In this document: positions 38,581 through 53,009 of the stretch, piece by piece
Layout of the letters: each line of letters opens with the position of its first letter
How positions within the stretch are numbered: the stretch's first letter is position 1
Assembly: GCF_009914755.1 (NCBI RefSeq)
Contig: NC_060947.1
Reading direction: 5' to 3' (one strand)
Length of the DNA stretch: 64,000 nt
Source of the DNA: the human T2T-CHM13v2.0 reference genome, Homo sapiens
The notes under the pieces: model-generated
Database searches by the model: none
Told to the model about the DNA's origin: nothing
The model's input: only the letters and a program-made list of their open reading frames with translations
Translations under genes and position numbers: made by a program

Positions 38581-39729
38581 CATGCTTAACCACTACACCA
38601 TATTCTCTCTTTACTATGAGATGTTGAAGGTCCACACAGCAAAAGGGACTTTATAAGCAATCTTAGGTAGTACCCTGGATTAAATATGAAACAGTAAAGC
38701 TCAGGGAGAGCATTTCCTAAATAGTATAAATTGTCCTTCCTGAAAATTTTCCAAGCTTTGAACTTCAATAGGACCATCAGTCTTTTATGTTAAATAAATT
38801 GAAGTGTCATAAGGTGGCTTCTTCTGAAATTGCGTATTGTTCTAGTTCATATAGTATTAAACGTTCTGTAATATTTTCATCACTGAATGACAGCAAGGCA
38901 GGAGAACTGCAGGCTCTCCTGCTGATTCGGGCCTGTCACTTTCACAACACATTATCTTTTATCTGTCAATAGTAAATTGTTCACATATTCCCTCGGGATG
39001 GGGTGGGGAAGGTAGCAAAATAAAATAATCTGGGCCATGAAAACTTAGAAACCAAGTATGTAGTTTCAATTGTGAATAATGCTAATTTAGGAAAAATTCC
39101 TGATAAAAGGCCGTGTTTTTTGATAGCTGAACAATATTCTACCAGTAAAGGCCTTCTAGGGAAAAGCAAGTCCATTCATTAAAAAAGTACATTTACATGT
39201 ATAATGCTAACCAAATGCTTTCACATATCATGTCTTTTTTATACTCCAACAAGCTTAGTGGGTGCTTAATGTTACTATTCTCACTGTAGCGTTTCACAAA
39301 ACTGTGACCCATTGAGATTAAGAGGCTCACTCAAGGGCACCCAGTTCCTGTCTTCTTTCCACAAATACACACAGTTCCCTCCCTCCTCACCACCACATTC
39401 AAATATTTATATAACAGATGGGCACTTCACTGAAGACAAAGGGGAAGGGCAAATCTGCAGCCCCTTACTACAACAGCTAATTGTCCTGGCATGGATTCAC
39501 TCCCCTGCTCTGTCTACTTGCACACCATTGGCTGGCAGGACACGCCAAAAACATGTCAAAAGTATCACATGTCCAAATTTTGTACAAGGGAGGCTGGAGC
39601 AATAATTTTTCACATTAGGTCTGTGACCTCCTCAATACAGAATCAACTCTGCCCTTCCAGACCTAGTGGGTCTTCACCACCTTATCCACCTAGAAGTGGC
39701 AAGAGTTACACAGAGCACTGTTCAGAGAG

Positions 39730-40149
39730 TGAAATGATTTGGATGTGTGTCCCCTACAAATCTCACGTTGAAACGCGACCTCCAGTGTTAGAGGAGGGCC
39801 TAGTGGGAGGTGTTTGGGTCATGTGGGCAGATGCCCCATGAATGCCTTGGTGCCATCCCCATGGTAATGAGTGAGTTCTCTCTCTGTGAGTTCACGTGAG
39901 ATGTGAGTTCACGTGAGAAGGGCCTGGCACCTCCTCCCTCTCTCTTTTACTCCCTCTCATCATGTGATAAGGCAGCTTTCCCTTTGCCTTCCACCATAAT
40001 TGTAAACTTCCCGAGGCCTTGCCAGCAGCAAATGCTGGTACTACACTTGTTGCACAGCCCACAGAACCATGAGCTAAATAAACCTCTTTTCTGTATAAAT
40101 CTTCCAGTCTCAGGAATTCCTTTATAGCAATGCAAAATGACCAACACCA
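39730..40149 (+). mobile_element. MSTB-like solo LTR with a 17-bp internal tandem duplication
   Basis: TTTGGATGTGTGTCCCC..AAATCTCA..GTCTCAGGAATTCCTTTATAGCAATGCAAA; TGTGAGTTCACGTGAGA twice. Confidence 0.85.
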
Positions 40150-40779
40150 GGAAATAGGGAGAATATGGATCTACTAGTCCTAACAGTAATCCACAGCAAA
40201 TACTGAACAACAACCACTCCTCTCCATGACTTTGACTCACATACTACTCAATGCAAGTGGCTCCACACTGTTCTTGCTTGCACTTTGCAGGTCCTCTGGA
40301 GAGGCTGATCTATCTAACTGATAATTTCTCCTACTTTCAGGAGTCAAATGGTCTAAAGTAGCTCAAGCAGAACCTATGTTCCTGAGAGGTGCTCATTCTT
40401 CCCAGACATCAGAACAGTTAATACTTTCTTTTGCATAAATGAAAATATGGTATGCTTGAATTTGCAAATCATCAAGTAGCTTCAACACCAAAGCAGGTAT
40501 ATCCATGGGTTCATACCAACTTAGTACATGTAAATGCTATCTGTATGCATATACAGAAATTTCAGAGAGTACAATTTAAAAAGCTGTTCATGAACTTTTA
40601 AGATTCAAATAACCAGAGACTACATTTGAAATTCTGCCTTGCAGAATTTACACAGGAATGCAGAAAGGGCTTTACCCTTGTTCAATAAAAAACACCTCTA
40701 ACTGCCTGACTTGTGGGTAATACATTTTTATACTTGTGCACTTTTATTTTACCCAGGCAACATGCAAAAGTTGGTAACC

Positions 40780-41145
40780 CTCTTCCCCAAGACACCTGCA
40801 TGGCTTTCTCTCAGAATTTTACTCAAATATCATCTTCTCAGTAAGTCCATACCTCATCATCATACTCAAAACTACAGCCATTTACCACCACCACTACCAT
40901 ACATACACATTCCCAGATTTATTTTCCTCCATAGCACTTGTCAGCAGATAACATATCTTTTTTACCTATATATATATTGCTTATTGTATGTCCCTACACA
41001 CACACACATACACACATACACACACACACACGAATGTAAGCCCAGGAGGGCAAAGATCTTTGTTTTATTCATTGCTATATCACTTATACCTAGAACACTG
41101 CCTGGCACATAGTAGGTATTCAATAAATATTTGTTGAATTAATGT
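40780..41145 (+). mobile_element. L2a 3' end with a (CA)n microsatellite at ~40997-41031
   Basis: CCTAGAACACTGCCTGGCACATAGTAGGTATTCAATAAATATTTGTTGAAT. Confidence 0.85.
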
Positions 41146-42639
41146 TAAATGAAAAATCTTTATTTTCAAAGTTGAAATAAAATTTTCCCATACAAGCCAT
41201 GAGTGTTATTTCAGAATGAACAATCTTTTTCATTCCTTCTTTTGCTGATTCATTTCTGACTTAACATGGCTGTCTTCTTCTTTAGAGAAAACACTCAAAT
41301 GCACATTCCAGGACACTTTATTGGGAGGACTCTCATTTTAGCCTCACATGTAAACGATTTAGTTCTAGTTCACATACAGATGAAACCAGACCTGGAAAGT
41401 ACTTGTATTAAGTTTGTTTTGCACTGGAACAAAACTCATGAAATCAGACCCAACAATGCAGAATTCGTTTAGCTATCCATGGGAAAAGGGGGTGCTGAGT
41501 ACATAGTAATACTTGCCAACCACACTCACAATAACTGCTTTCAAAAACAATAGGAAAATTTTAAAATATTTTTATTTCTTCATTATGGCAAATCATGAAA
41601 TCCATAAAATTCTACTAGCTAGAAGTTCATGTTACTTTGTATACTTGAGCATAATAAGTGTCTCTTTTAACCCACTATATAATACTGGCTTTTGTTTCTA
41701 TTGTTCAGAAAACACCTATACCCCATGCAATTATTGCAAATCTCTGTGCCTTTGAAATGTTGATCATATAATCTAACTTTTGTCAATAGCAGTTCCAATT
41801 CCTATACATTTCCCCTTTACTGCTAAGTGAGTTCTTGCCAGTTGTAGTTTTGGCTTTTACATTTGATGTTCTGAAACATGAGAAGACCATATTGCTACAA
41901 GACTATGCAGAGCAGGGAAGGTCCATAACAGCCGGAGTCCACCGTGCATGTCCACCAATGGGCCCCCACTGAAGCTGGTGTGGGGTAGAGTTAGGACCTA
42001 GATTCTCTGAAAAAGCTCTTCAGGGGCTTCTGTTCTCTGCCTTACACCACCTCCAATGACAAACATCAGGAAGTTCTTAGAGGAAAGGTCTATTATAAAC
42101 ACTAAATGATTATGCTTAAAAGCTATTATCTTGTTAATAATATCACCCCAAAACTAAAGTCAGGATCTGGCATTATCATAGACATTTTACAAATGGGAAT
42201 ACTGATATAAAGCACATAAGTGATTTTCTGTTGCACTAAATAAAGGCAAGATAACAGCAAAGTAAGGGGGAAAAATGTGAGTTCTTAAGGCCCAGTCCAG
42301 TACAGGGGACCATTATATCACACACAATCTATGGTTTGATTTCCACTTTAGATTATTCCCAGTAATAAGCTACAGATAAGAAAGACTAAATAGGCTAATC
42401 TGCACCTAACCAGGAAGTATACCTGCATAAGAATGTAGCTGCATAATGCCAGTTCATTTATTTGGGCAATATTTATAAATGGTCTGCTATGTACCTTAGA
42501 AGCAAAGGATATTAGGATCATTATGAATCACCACTGAAAATCAGGCTGCAATCACAGTGGGAAAATGTAAGAGATGAAAAAAAGAAGATGCAAAGAATAA
42601 GTGATACTGCTCAATCACACAGTTGTAAGTGCTAGAGAT

Positions 42640-43510
42640 GGGACTGGATCCCAGAAACATAAGAGTCATCATTCATGACTCCTGTCTCCCGCTTAAGTAA
42701 ATGAGATATCATTGTACCACTCATGTTATTATTTGCACAAAACCCAATCTACCCCAATTCCTGGATAGTGCTCTCAAATCTTTAGACATTGTCCATCTTC
42801 ATTCTTACTCTACCAAGTCTCAGCCTGGACCCACCGCATCAGCTTTCTCACTGCCTTCCTAGCCAGACAGAGTTTTTAAAAATGTACATCAGATCACAGG
42901 GCTTCCCATCAGGAAACTCTCCAAAGGCTTTCCAATGCATTTGAAATGAAATCCAAACTCTTCATCCTCATACACAAAAGTACACCTCAATGCCTTTGTG
43001 TGCCAGCCCCTGCCTACCTATTCAGGTACACCTCATGCCTCTCTAGCCATAATGCATGTCATACAGTTATGCCCTTTTACATTTACATTTGCAATACCCT
43101 TCCCTCTCTCTCTCCCTTCCTTCCTGCCATTCTTCTCACTTCTTTGTCTTCAAATGAGCTGTTCTCTCTGCTTGAAATTCTCTTTGTCCTCCTCTTTGCC
43201 AGGCCAGGTCCTAATTCACTTTTCTGATCCCAGCCGATCTCTCTCCTCAGGGAGCATTCCCTGGTCCTTCAAGGCTGTGTTAGCTGCCCTCCTCTGAGCT
43301 TGCACAGTTTCCAGGGCATCTGCTATTACAGCACTGGTCACACTGTATTTGTCTCCATTGACTATTTGCTTGTCTGTCTTCCCCACTACACTGTGAGCCC
43401 TGCAAGGGCAGGGACACTCTGTAGCTTGGTCACATTTTTCCAACACCTACAATCAAGCTTGACAGAGAGCCAACACCCAATACGTGTTCCTTGAATGAAT
43501 AAATGGTATG
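42640..43510 (+). mobile_element. L2 fragment
   Basis: ATCCAAACTC..GCCCCTGCCTACC..CTGTGAGCCCTGCAAGGGCAGGGAC..GAATGAATAAATG. Confidence 0.7.
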
Positions 43511-45694
43511 AATGGAACTATCCTGAAATTTCTGTGTGGCAACATCTGGGAAGTATCTGTGGCAGTACATTTACTTTCATGCAACTGCTGGAGACAAAGC
43601 AGAAAGTCAACATGAGTGATATAGTTGGAAGTCAGAAATGAGTTGTGTTCTGCCTGATTACACCCTACACTGCCAAGAATGGCATTATCTGTTAAATATC
43701 AATGTTCTTTTTGACTTAATAAAAATTCATGGCCTACTAATAATAGCCATAAAACTATGTACTTTCATATGAATAAAGTTGATTAAGCCACTTTCTGGAA
43801 TAGTTGTGTCTTACTGCTAAATAATGCATATTCTGAATAGTTAAGAAGTTATCCCTCTTTCTTGTTACTAATAAAAAAATCATGGCTGCAGACACATATA
43901 TGGATTTCTGATCATGGAGTCCACAATTAACAAAACCCTGAGGCCTCTAATCTTAGCAGAAAAAAAATAAGTCTTCTACTTAAAATCTAATGGGTTTCAT
44001 TCATTTATAATGATAGTATCCTGAAGTTTTGTTCACAATCAGCATTTCATCAAGTGCATTAAGTTACCATTGAGCCTACTTGTTTTTCATGCATTTCTTC
44101 CTACCAGGGAACCTCCTTGTTAATGCACAGAAAAACTGCATTTTCAATATTTCTGCTTAAAAATTGGAATCAATGGGACTGTCCACTGAAATGAGAGTGG
44201 CATAATTCAGGATATGCCAGGACTATCCACGTAACTAAGGTGACTCACTACTCTAGGAATAATGTACTTCCTTCCGTTCTCTAAGTAAGCCATGTTCTTG
44301 CTCATCACCTAGCTTCTACATGTGCTGTCCCCACTTTCCAGGACACTCTTATTCCTCTTCATCAACTGACAAATTCTTACTCATCCTTCAGGTGTCAAGT
44401 TAACGATCGCACTTGCTACCACCACCCAACTATGTCAGCTCCCTCTCCTATGAGCTTCCTTAGTTCTCTGTGTTTCCCAGTCAAGGCACTGCTTCCTTTT
44501 TATTTCTCCCACTATCAGCTCTGTAAGAGCAAGAATAGAGACTCTTCCTCATTGGTGTTTCACCAGTGCCTGGGCCTGCCATAATGCTTGATGCTCTTTG
44601 AATGAATGGAGTCCAGATTCTTAAGCATGTGTCTCTAAAGTATTGTCTATCACCTGAAAATAAATATATCTGCAGGCTTTCTGCCCACCAATGGGAAATA
44701 ATATATTAAGGATTGAGGGCGTTTATTACAAATGACAATCCCTTTGGGAGATTTCTATTTCTGGAACATTATAAAGAGGTTGGAGACAGTTCAGGAGAAG
44801 TTAGGGGGCATGAAAACAAAGCTTAGGAGCCAATACATGGAGTGGGAAATCTGTGCCCTGATACAGAAACAGCACTCACAGCACTAGCTGCACAACTCAA
44901 AGCCACACACAGCACTTCAGAGGTGGCAGGGAGGAGACAGAATTCACAGTGGAAATTCAGAGGGACTTACTCAAATCAAAACTAAAGTCAAGGCCTGGAT
45001 ATTTCCTCTATTTGATGCCAAGTATTCAACAAATGTTTCTCCCACTGCCCAAAAAGAGTTGAAAACAAAAAAAACTTGATTGCTTCATATTTAAAACTAA
45101 TTTGTGCTCCTAAACATGAGCTATGTTTCAAATATAAAAGAAGCAGATAAAAACAAATAAAAATGTTGAATTATTCCAAGGCTAACTGTGAAGTTAAATT
45201 TTTCCAAATGACAGAGTGAGTCAAATTTCTCTTCAAACATTTATTGCATTTGCCTTATGAGCCAGGCTTTGTCCTAAGTACTATTCAGAAATTAATAACT
45301 TGGTCCCTGCACTCAACAAGTTTACAGTATAGTGGGGGACACATATAAACAGGAATGGAAATAAATGGTAAAGGGCAAAAATGCAAGGATGAAGGATCAT
45401 AGAGGCTATCACAGAGGAAGTTCATTGTTTCCACACACACACACACACACACACACAAAATCACTATAAAAAAGTAACATAATAGACCCAAGAGGACCTA
45501 AAAAAGTCCTATTTACTCTACTCATGGTTCTCAAACTTGCAAGTCATTTGGATTGATGCCTCAATTCTCCAGTACCCTAAAAATTTGCATTCTTCCTTTA
45601 TTTTATTCACCATGTTATTTTAATAATCTTAGACTAAAGACTGAGAAAATAAATTGAGTATTTTAAAACAATTTATCCCATCAATTGAAAAAAG

Positions 45695-46245
45695 ATCTAC
45701 ACCCAAGTTCATAGCAGCATTATTCACAAGAGTCAGAAGATGAAAGCAACCCAAGTTTCCCTCCTTGGACGAATGGATAAGCCAAATGTGGTCTATATAT
45801 ACAATGTAATATTATTCAGCCTGAAAAAGGAAAGAAATTCCCACACACACTACAACATGGATGAGCCTCAAGGCTCATCTTTTCCTTATAAATTACCCAA
45901 TCTCAGGGGTCTCTTTATAGCAATGCTAAATGAAATCAGTCAGTCACAAAATGACAAATAACTATAGTTCCACTTATACAAGGTAGCTAAAGTAGTCAAA
46001 CCCATAGAGACAAAGTAGAATGGAGGTTGCAAGGGACTGGGGTAATGGGGAAATGGGGAATTGTTTAATGTGTACACGGTTTCACTTTTGTGAGATAACG
46101 TTCTGAAGACTGGTTGCACAAGCAGTCTTCAGATTATATACTTCAGTTAAATACTTAACACTACTGATCTGTACACATAAAAATGGTTAAGATGGTAAAT
46201 TTTATGTTATGTGTATTTTACCACAATTAAAAGTAAAAATAAAAT
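45695..46245 (+). mobile_element. L1MB-like 3' end
   Basis: TTCATAGCAGCATTATTCACAA..TACAACATGGATGA..AAAATGGTTAAGATGGTAAATTTTATGTTATGTGTATTTTACCACAATT. Confidence 0.85.
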
Positions 46246-48599
46246 TTTCAAGAGGGATCATGTTATAATGTTACATGGTGTATTGTCCTGAAGCTCTACT
46301 CCAAGAAAACATGATTGGGGTACACAAAGGCCCCAAATGTGAGAAAATGCAATACTTCAGTTCTTTTAGTCATGAATAAATACATTGTGATGAGAGGGAT
46401 GAACATAGTTTTAAAAGCTGTTCTTGCCTTTGTGGGGAAAACAATACAAGCAAACTTATTTAGGTCACAGCAGTCACTGTAAACATCCCAAGAAAAGCTT
46501 ATTAATAACAGCCACCCACAAAGGACCTGGTTTCAACCAAAGAATGCCATGGAGTCAGTGAAAGGAAGGCTGGGGAAGAATTGTCCTGTATTTTAGAAAT
46601 AAGAATGTTAGCATCTTTCTGTAGTTCAACTTGGATTTAGAAATCACAAATACGGCCAATTATTTTAAATAAGGAAATTGAACTAGACAGTGTCTGAAGG
46701 ACCTTCTGGCTCTAAACCATAATAATTGGTTGCTTGCTTGATAAAAGAAAAAAAAAACAGAAAAATACCCTAAACATTTATGTCAATCCTTGATTCTGCT
46801 ATCAGTAGAGTAACAGAGGCCACCTGCCTGAATCTGTTACTGTGTCAATGTGGAAATGTACTGGGCTAGGCCCCTGCCACTAACTTGTTCTATGACCTTG
46901 GGCAAGTCATTGCCTCTCTGTGGGCCTAATTCTTCTACTCTGTAGTGGGAAGGTTAGACCAAATGATGATGAAGGTCCCTTCCAGCCATTATAGCCTGTA
47001 ATTAAGGATCTGTGGAGCATGGTGATTAAGGCTGCAGAACAATGTGAATATACTTAATACCATAGAACTGGATACCATAGAATTGACTATAAAATGGTCA
47101 GTTTTATGTTGTATATTTTGCCACAGTAAACATATTTAAAATAATTAAAATAAAAAAGATAATAATCCGAGAAGCAAGACAGCCACTCTGAGCAACAGTT
47201 TCTAATTAGAATAGCAGGAAACAAATGCCTCAACAAGAGGCCTCTAGGCTTGGTTTTGATTTCTTTCTTTTTAATCAAGTAGTCCTTCATGCCCAAAGAA
47301 ACGTGCGAGTACACTAAAGATGATGCTATTAAAAGAAAAACTTTTCATAAAACAATAACTCTTTCAATATTGTAACTACCTCCACATTCGGCATTTGAGT
47401 TAGATTTGTATATATAGTTTTTATAAATTGAGTCTCCCCTATATACAATATGGTCAAGAGAGATGCACTCTGAACCAAATCTCACTCTCAGCAGAGCAAC
47501 TACTCTCATTTCTTCCAGCCATGTAAAACAAGCAACTCAACTCTGGCTCAAAGGCAGGGAAATAAGTTTATTATCTTCTGCCAGGATTTTCAGATCCTGG
47601 GGAGATGCCTCTGCACTAAAAATCAATACAAGATTTTTCAAGGTATTCAGTTTTGTCACTTGTTTGGAGACAATGGCCTCAGAAAAGAAGATGAACTGCC
47701 TTACTTCTTTTTCCTCCCTTTTTCTGCATGCTGCCCTTTAAAGACATGCTCTTTGTGCCAGAAATTCAAAGGTTGCTTTTATGTCCAGTGGGGTGGAGGG
47801 AGGAAGCTCGGTGTGTTTTAAACGGTGAAATCTGTCAAAGTCCCAAAGGCTCTTGTGATACAAATCAGGTCATCCTATACAGCCTGAACCCCCAATTCCA
47901 CAGAGGAAATAAAAACCATTTATAACTCAAAGTAACTAGCAGTAATAGGTCAATGCACTTGATTGGTCATGAACCAATTACAGAGACACTGCTTGGTGCC
48001 TCAAGGATGAGAAGGGGTGGGGGTGCACCTAGGCCCAGCCCAACACTCACACTCCTGCTTCCACCTCCCATCACCACCTGCTGCCAGATACAGGCAGAAA
48101 AATTATGTCCAAGGAAAAGCGGAATTACCTTGTCCACCCTGTGTCACCCTGCTCTAGACTGGCAGAGAAATGTCTTGGAAGTCCCACTCCCACCCCCTTA
48201 TCCCACCAGTTTAAGATCCACTGAGGTTCAAGCTATCATAAGGGTCAAAATATTTGGACACTGACCTCTGCTATTCTAACAGCTGTGCTAGGATTGCCAT
48301 CTCTGAATGGCATGCCCGAAGCTCCCTCCCAGCCCCGCCCTCTCTGCGAGAGCCGAGGCTTTGAAATTCTCCTGCTTCCCTACTTTCTCCTAAAGGGAGA
48401 CCATCAAGGGAAACAATTGAGGCAGGACTGGCAATAAGATAGAAAAAAGCAGCAAAAAGAGAGAAAGAAGGCTTCCAAGCAGAACATTTATATGTGGAAG
48501 ATGAATAGGGCCGAGAAGGTCTTTAAGGTTGCTTAATTCAACCCATGAGGACACTGAGAACTCAAAACATACAGTTGACAACAATGCTGGTCCTAGACA

Positions 48600-49100
48600 T
48601 CAGGGCTCCACCTCATGTAATATTTTTGGAGTGGATGACTCCTTTGAGAATCTGTTCAAAGCAATGGAGCCTGCTCACCAGAAAAATTGACATTTATACA
48701 TAATTTCTAGGGGAGTCCTGTGATTGTCTCTAGGACAATGTTTCCCCAACTAGCCTGATGATAAGAATCACCAGGACACCTGCTTACAAGTCAGATTACC
48801 ATCTCTTTTCCTAAAATTCTAATTCAGTAGGTCAGCGGGAGGGTTTTTGTTTTGTTTTGTTTAGAAAAAACAAACAAACCCTACAGGTGATTCTTTAGGC
48901 AAGCTTGAGAAACACTGCCCAGAGGCAGTAGGTCCCTAAACCAGCTGTGCATTAGAACCACTTGAGGAGCTTAATAAAAAATGTGGCTTTCTAAGGCTCA
49001 TGCCCAGATATACTGAATCAAATTCTCATGGTCGGGGGTATATGTGGTTAGACGTGATGCTGATGCCCAAGCTGGTCCAGGAACCACAGCTTCGGTGGTT
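48600..49100. mobile_element. Cluster of MER5-type hAT MITE fragments
   Basis: GATAAGAATCACCAGG..AATTCAGTAGGTC; GCATTAGAACCACTTGAGGAGCTT..TACTGAATCA. Confidence 0.55.
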
Positions 49101-51019
49101 CCTGAACCACAGATAAGCAACCCATGTATGACTCCATCCAGCTTGACTCATTAGTAATTTGGCTTGGCCAGAGCCTGATGGCTATGATGGGCACCAGATC
49201 ACTCACTGCTTGACATACCACGAACATGAAACAGAGTGCTTCATGCACTGAAAGTCTGTTTCCCTAAGAAAACTTGCAAAATATGCTTGTATTATCCATG
49301 AAGGCAGGGATAGTTATCTGTTCCGCTCACTGCTGTATTCTCAGTGTCTAAGAAAGCAGATGGCACATAGAAGGTTCAATACATATTTATCGAGTAAATT
49401 AACAGATGAATTAATTTACACATGCATTAAAATAACTGAAATCACTTAAGTTGGGGTATGACTGTCCAATGCATGTGTGAATCTGTAGATTTATTTCTAC
49501 CACCAAGAAACCCTCTATCAAGAGTCCTCTAACTTGAAAAATCAATATGAAAATCACTACTATTTCAGTAATATTATCAGTATCATCATTGACCAAATTC
49601 TACGTAGATAGCCCATTATGAAGTAGCAATTGTATCCTAAATTAAATTAGCAAAATTAAATCCAGCAGGATTATTGCTGTCAGTCTAAGGGCTTTTGGTA
49701 TAGAGTTTCAAAGGTAAAGGAGCATTTACAGAAACCTACGATGGATGATAAGCATTGTCATTACGTAACACATTTAGTGAGCACTTGCTTTGTGAAAAGG
49801 ATCCTTGAAGACATTCCAGTCTATTCAGAGAGATAAGACATAAGCAGATGAGAAGTTAACCATGAGATACACCCAAAGTAGCCCATGGAGATTGCCAGAT
49901 GGGTGACATAGAAGCCCTGTACAGAAGTAAGCAGTCAGTGCCTGCTGGGAGGGCGGAAGAAAGGCTTCATGGAGGATGGAGATTTAGCTTGGACTTGAAG
50001 CATCATATAATATAAAAATAATAAGTAGGTCACGGTAGATCAAGGAATGAGGGAGCAGAAAACTCAGTTTGAAGACAATCAATAAGTAATATTTCATTAG
50101 TATTATTTTTATTATTATATCATTAATATAATTATGTATTTCCACTATAGATAAAAATAGAAAATATGACTAAACACTATAAATTTCTATAAGCCAACCA
50201 CCCAGAGATTCCTTTTGGTGTATATTCTTTCAAGATTTATTCTTAGCATATTTGTTGTGTATCTATTTACATATGTGCATAGTTGTCTATGTGTGTTTAA
50301 TTTGGTATTTACAGATTTATACACACATATACATAGCCCCATATGGGCACATATTCATATATGTACTTTTACAAAATACTAATCATGCTTGTGGTGTCCA
50401 GTGAGAAGGATCTCAAGGAGGTGCAGGAAAAATGTTCACACCCCAGGCACAAATCACCATCTCTCCTTGGTTACCCCTAAGTCCACACCTAGTATACACA
50501 CTGAAAATGATGGTGCAAATTATTTAACGACATAAAATAACATTCTAACACGTTGAGGGAAAAAAAGGAAGTTATCGTGTATGTGCCTGATCCCACATAC
50601 ACACTTAAAGATAATTAGCCATGTCTATGTATTATAATATGCAGAGAAAAAGGACTAGAAGCAAAGCCTCAAAAAGTTAACTTGGTAGTGGAACCTTGGG
50701 TGATATTTTCTTCTCTACGCTTTTATGATGTTCCAAATTGTCTCCGGTAAACATGCATTATTTTGTAATCTGAAAAAAATCAATGTAATAAAACATAAGC
50801 AATATAAAAACACACACATAAATTCAAATCTGCCTGTGAGCGTCCTGCTCAAGATGCATCTTCGGTTTTTGAGCAGCTAAAGTCAAATTAGCATTAACAA
50901 GAAGACAGAGAAAGCAAAGCTCTTGTGTTGGTCAAGCCCTGACTTCAAGGCTCTTGGCCTTCTATGCCTGCCTTTGAGGTGTCTAGTGGGTGGGTCAGGT
51001 GTACGGAAAGCAAGAAAGC

Positions 51020-51580
51020 CTTGATAGGTGTCGCTAAGGGAGGAGGGCGCGCCTCCCTGAGCCCCGCCCGGCCACCACCAGCGCTGCTCTGACCGCCACC
51101 ATCTTAACGCTGCTTCCCCACAGGCTGCAACGTGCCCGCGGTCTAGACTGCGAGGCCGCGGGCTGCACCGGAGCGCGCAGTATCTTCCCCCGGACTGCGA
51201 CCACCCGCACCGCCAGCCACGGAGCCCTGGCCCGGGCCCGCGGTTCCCTTTGCGACGCCTCCCCGTGAGTCGACTGGGCCGTGGGTATCGAGGACAAGCA
51301 AACAGAAACCCCCACTGCCCACCGCCGCTGCCGCCGCCAGGAAGGCGCTTTGTCATGCCCGGAGCCGGCGCCGGGCAGCTCTTTGCCAAGTTTCACCTTC
51401 GGTGACACAACTTTTCCGTGTTTCTTTTTTAGGCAGCTGCCACATCACGAGGCTAATGAGCACACTAAGGTTTGTAATAAACCTGCCTGCCAGATACACA
51501 GGAACTGAGGGAGGCTGGTTGACCAGACCTTTCAGCGCGATCGTCGGGTTCCCAGCTAGCCGAAAAACAAATGTTCCCCG
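51020..51580. promoter_or_regulatory. Orphan intragenic CpG-rich patch, promoter-like
   Basis: High CpG density; GC box CCCCGCCC at 51062-51069; YY1-like CGCCACCATCTT at 51094-51105; no recognisable repeat. Confidence 0.65.
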
Positions 51581-53009
51581 GAATGAGAGCATCTAGGAGC
51601 ACCTTGTCCTGTTTCCAAGAGAATGGCTCACATTGTTCCCAGAGCTCCGAAAATCACTCACAAATTCAAGAGCTCTTGGAAGCCTTAATGTTCAATAAAC
51701 CCCCCAAGGGGAGAGGCAAGCATACACACAGAGAATCAAAGGCAAAATAAGCAGGTCAATTCTCAATACTTTCAAAGTCACCATTGAAAGAAGTTTCTGA
51801 AAATATCTATGGGCATATTCAAGAAGTGCACTCAGCCTGTCTTCTTTAGGTTGTTTACTTCTACTTTTAAGAGCTAGATAAATATTTTAAGAACCCTAGC
51901 TATTTACTAACCCTCAACTCCAGAACAGTAACAAATGCTACCTACATTATTTGGAGCAAGTTTTGAGAACTGGGTTTCATGTTTGTTATTAAATTTACCT
52001 ATAGCCATGCAATAGACCCATCACTGTTAATTATTACCATTGAGCAACAGTTCTACAATACAGATAAATACTACATGATTCCCAACTTCGAGAACTGTAA
52101 TTAATATGCTTGTTCAAGGCGTTGTGTCTCTGTTAACAAGATATATTTTTGGAAATATTATCTAACTGAAGGCAGCATAAATAGTATACAAAATAAAGCT
52201 TGCACTTTTTTATTTTTCCATTTAAAATGAGTTACGTAAGTAGTGAAAAACCTCTTCTGTGGAGCTACGCTTTGTTGTGGGGGGTGGATTTCTTTCATCA
52301 CGATTAATATAGCTATCAAAGGAAAAAATCCAGAAATGAAAATCTTTCAATGAGCTCAGCACACCCTGAGGAGCCCCATTCGGTTAATAAAAACCACTGA
52401 CATTTGTTAACAAGAAAAGGAGGGAGGGAAAGAAGGAGAGTCGGAGGAAGAACGGGGTAGGGTTGAGAGACAAAGAGAAGGGAAATGAGACATATGATTC
52501 TGATGGGAGACAGACTGAAAGCATATACCATGTAATGAAAACTAAAATAAACAAGTGGAGTTTTTACTCAACAGTGAATTAAGAGGATGTATAATCTTGA
52601 AGACACAGGTGAAACAAGGTCTCAGATGCAGTTGCAAAAGAAAGTACCATTGTTTTTAAACCAATATGAAAGCCAAAGTCACCTGGCCAATGAAAGACAC
52701 AGTCACCTGGCCAATGTCCTGTAGCAGTGGTTCAAGAGGATGGCCAAGTGAAGTGAGATGCACATCGGAAAGTTTAAAGTCAGAATGTCCCAGGCCAGAG
52801 AAGAAGGAAAGGGTACCCCGGCACAGCACCTGATAGAGAAAAGTCACTCAAAAAATGTTCAGATTTTGTTTAACTGAACAAAGACCACAGCCCTGGAGCA
52901 ACCATGTATTTAGTATAGGCACACTCCTCCTAATTATGTCCAATTTGGTGAATGGAAGTAATTTCGTCTTTGTGCAAACCTGCATTAGAAAGACTCAGCT
53001 GTGCTGCCT

